Source: Desulfomonilia bacterium | Lineage (GTDB): Bacteria > Desulfobacterota > Desulfomonilia > UBA1062 | Direction: 5' to 3' | Assembly: GCA_050014195.1 (NCBI GenBank) | Contig: JBEKDT010000001.1 | Location: 256,001-320,000 of the forward strand | Length of the DNA stretch: 64,000 nucleotides | The notes under the pieces: generated by a model | Told to the model about the DNA's origin: nothing | Database searches by the model: none | Seen by the model: only the letters and a program-made list of their open reading frames with translations | Shown here: piece by piece, positions 61,730 to 64,000 of the stretch | Layout of the letters: every line of letters starts with the position of its first letter | Numbering within the stretch: position 1 is the first letter of the stretch | Program-made: the position numbers and the translations under genes

Positions 61730-61869
61730 AAGCAGGAGATACTAACACCACGGGAGTTGACTGTAAAGGAGAGAGGGGAAGAGATCTGGATAACCGTGCA
61801 AAGCTCCTGTGCATGGACAACTTATCATTATTTGATGTACAACCCAGTATATCAGAAGAGGAACGAATA

Positions 61870-62553
61870 ATGTGTGGCCGGTTCATCCAGATCATTGACC
61901 CAGAGCTTATCGAAGTAGACTTTTCAGAGTTGGAAGTGGACGAGGAGGCTCTGAGTCGCTTTATCCCGAGCTATAATGTCACGCCCACAAAAGATATCTT
62001 GACCGTGCTGAATACTCCCACACCAAGGCTCACCCTCACACATTGGGGACTTATACCCTACTGGTCAAAAGATAAGAACATAGGGAGCAGGATGATAAAC
62101 GCCAGGTCCGAAACGCTTATAGACAAACCTTCTTTCAAAGAGCCTCTCAAGAGAAACAGGTGTATCATCCCGGCAATTGGGTTTTATGAATGGGATACTG
62201 CGAATAAGACAAGAACGCCCTACCTCATCAGGCTAAAAAGTGGAAAGCCCCTCGCCTTTGCTGGGCTTTGGGATAGGTGGCGTGACAAGGAAACCGGAAA
62301 TACGATCATCTCAAGCACGATCATCACCACGGAAGCAAATTCACTGATCGCACAGATCCATGGCAGGATGCCTGCTATCCTATCTCCTGGTTGTTTCAAG
62401 TCATGGCTGAGTTCACAGCGAGAAGAGGAAGTTGCCTTGCTGAATTGCCTTAAACCTTATCCTGCCGAGGAGATGGAGGCATATGAAGTCTCGAAACTTG
62501 TGAACGATCCTCGGAATGATTCTCCTGAAATCATTGATCACGTTTTGAGATGA
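61870..62553 (+). CDS. SOS response-associated peptidase (SRAP/YedK/HMCES)
   Basis: MCGRF N-terminus (start 61870 so Cys2 is exposed), WGLIPYW, INARSET, GFYEW, HGRMP. Confidence 0.92.
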   Translation: MCGRFIQIIDPELIEVDFSELEVDEEALSRFIPSYNVTPTKDILTVLNTPTPRLTLTHWGLIPYWSKDKNIGSRMINARSETLIDKPSFKEPLKRNRCIIPAIGFYEWDTANKTRTPYLIRLKSGKPLAFAGLWDRWRDKETGNTIISSTIITTEANSLIAQIHGRMPAILSPGCFKSWLSSQREEEVALLNCLKPYPAEEMEAYEVSKLVNDPRNDSPEIIDHVLR

Positions 62554-62569
62554 TTATTCCCTCTTTAAT

Positions 62570-64000
62570 TTACTTCTTTTCTAGTCCCAACCCCTGATTT
62601 TTTTCAATTTTTACTGATGGAGCCTTTGCAGAATGCATCTTCTGTCCGTCATATGAAACATACCGGTGCATCTGCATCTGATCGTATTGATTATCGTAGG
62701 GCACCATATAGCGAACCCCCTTCGATTCAATCACTGCATATTTATTGCTGCCGAGTTCCTCGATCTTTGTATAATAGCCTTCCACAGCCCTTTCTCTTGG
62801 GAAGTCTACCCTAAGCCCTCTATCCTTCATTCGCTGGCAGTAATTGAATTCTTCCGGGGTAAGCTTCCGGTCGAATGCCGATATGTCTTTTCCTTCCTGT
62901 TTCTCTTGAGAAACTTGCTGCTGCATTTCTTTCTCGAGAGTTCTGCTCTTCTTTGCATATCCCATTTCCTTCCCATCATAGGCTACATAGTGGTGCATCT
63001 GCATTTGATCATATTGCTTCTCGTAGGGTATCAGGTAACGAATTCCCTTAGTCGGATTGGCGTGCATATCGATAACAGCATAACTCTTACCTCCGACTTC
63101 TTCCACTCTCTCAAAATATCCGGATACAGATTTATCTTTGGGGAATTCAACTTGAATGCCTCTTCCCTTCATTTGTTTGACATACTGTTCCTGGTCTCTT
63201 TGCTGTTGCCATTCCTGAGCCTGGATTCGTCTCTCTTCATGAGTCAGAACTTTCTCAGCTTCGATGACTCTGTTATCTACCTCGATGCCTCTCGGAATCC
63301 CATAATCCACAACCAGACTCTTTGGCCGTTCTCTGCTCATGACTCTCTGCAGATCTTCAAAATTCCTGAACTCATCCTTGCCGTAATACATGGTCACATT
63401 CTCTCTATGCCTGCTCATAGCAACGTACGCTGTATGCTTATCAAAATGACGTGAACCGAGAACAAATGTATGGTCGAGGGTTGAGCCTTGGGTCTTATGC
63501 ACGGTGGCTGCATAGCCGTGGTCGAAGTCTTTATACATGCTGGTATCGATAGCGACCCGGTCGCCTTTATCAAGCTTGACGGATATGGCTCCCCGGTTGA
63601 TGCTTTCCACCGTACCGAGTGAACCATTTCTTATGCCTAAGGAATGCTCGTTCCTGAGGAAGATAATCCGGTCTCCTGTGCAGAAATTCCTTTCTCCTTT
63701 CTCGGTCATGAAGGTGTGCTCGTAGCCTCGGAGCTCTCCGTGCATTTTTCTGTGTTCTCTTGCCCCCTGGTTCAGTTCATTTACATCCCTATTCGTGTAA
63801 GCCATCATGAGGCTGGTTTCGTGTTTCTGTTTTGAGAGTTGTTGTTGATCCGCCCACTCTTTCAGCATCTTATCCTTGGCATCCTGCCTGGTCTGGAATT
63901 CATGGATATGACCATGGTTGTGGTACATTTCCAGGGCTTTCTCTGATTGTTCTTTGTTGCCGGAGAATTCTACGGTTGCTTGTTTCTGCCAATCGATATG
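62570..64000 (-). CDS. traA: TraA-like conjugative relaxase-helicase, C-terminal part (5' end outside window)
   Basis: Frame open to 64000 (DWQKQAT); GDRIIFLRNE, NGSLGTV, HGYAATVHKTQG, YVAMSRHR; relaxase domain itself not visible. Confidence 0.82.
   Translation of the reverse strand, partial: HIDWQKQATVEFSGNKEQSEKALEMYHNHGHIHEFQTRQDAKDKMLKEWADQQQLSKQKHETSLMMAYTNRDVNELNQGAREHRKMHGELRGYEHTFMTEKGERNFCTGDRIIFLRNEHSLGIRNGSLGTVESINRGAISVKLDKGDRVAIDTSMYKDFDHGYAATVHKTQGSTLDHTFVLGSRHFDKHTAYVAMSRHRENVTMYYGKDEFRNFEDLQRVMSRERPKSLVVDYGIPRGIEVDNRVIEAEKVLTHEERRIQAQEWQQQRDQEQYVKQMKGRGIQVEFPKDKSVSGYFERVEEVGGKSYAVIDMHANPTKGIRYLIPYEKQYDQMQMHHYVAYDGKEMGYAKKSRTLEKEMQQQVSQEKQEGKDISAFDRKLTPEEFNYCQRMKDRGLRVDFPRERAVEGYYTKIEELGSNKYAVIESKGVRYMVPYDNQYDQMQMHRYVSYDGQKMHSAKAPSVKIEKNQGLGLEKK

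Larger units (their letters stand above)
13142..64000. mobile_element. Integrative conjugative element or composite genomic island inserted at tRNA-Cys; continues past window end
   Basis: Abrupt shift to AT-rich accessory DNA directly after the tRNA; contains Trb T4SS, coupling protein, relaxase-helicase, TA, umuDC and defence cargo; no integrase or attR seen in window. Confidence 0.8.

Noticed and set aside
61813-61869. N-terminal extension of SRAP in the ORF track
   Set aside because: SRAP needs Cys at position 2; the MCGRF start at 61870 has its own RBS.
62666-63454. 262-aa plus-strand ORF
   Set aside because: Antisense to traA; its composition mirrors the sense strand.
13142-64000. CRISPR array, retron or integrase
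   Set aside because: No regularly spaced repeats, reverse transcriptase or recombinase motifs seen.

Overview
The window has two parts. (1) 1-13141 is core chromosome of a Gram-negative bacterium, probably Deltaproteobacteria/Desulfobacterota-like (inferred from gene content). It holds an envelope/lipid A operon (lolC/E end, lolD, bamA, skp, lpxD, lpxA, Gfo/Idh/MocA oxidoreductase, lpxB, msbA, lpxK, gmhB, two lpxL-like acyltransferases), an inverted REP-like pair and tRNA-Cys(GCA). (2) From 13142 to beyond the window end lies an AT-richer, mosaic integrative conjugative element or composite island inserted at the tRNA-Cys 3' end. Its cargo is defence-rich: a membrane-anchored nucleoside-deoxyribosyltransferase-like protein; an sspABCD-type DNA phosphorothioation core followed, in the same operon, by an SF2 helicase, a MORC/GHKL ATPase and a PLD nuclease instead of SspE or SspFGH (best candidate for an undescribed system); an IS5 element; sbcCD; an RloC-like ABC ATPase-HEPN; three orphan nuclease genes in a decayed cassette-like array with IS481 and group II intron remnants; a PocR kinase-receiver-membrane protein triplet; vapBC; and Gabija. 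The backbone is a P-type Trb T4SS with a TrwB/TraD-like coupling protein, an unlisted 54-aa TrbK-like lipoprotein that copies the TrbJ tail, a secreted S1/P1-like nuclease, umuDC, SRAP and the 3' part of a TraA-like relaxase-helicase. No integrase or second att copy is visible in the window. All calls come from motif reading by eye; no database searches were run.
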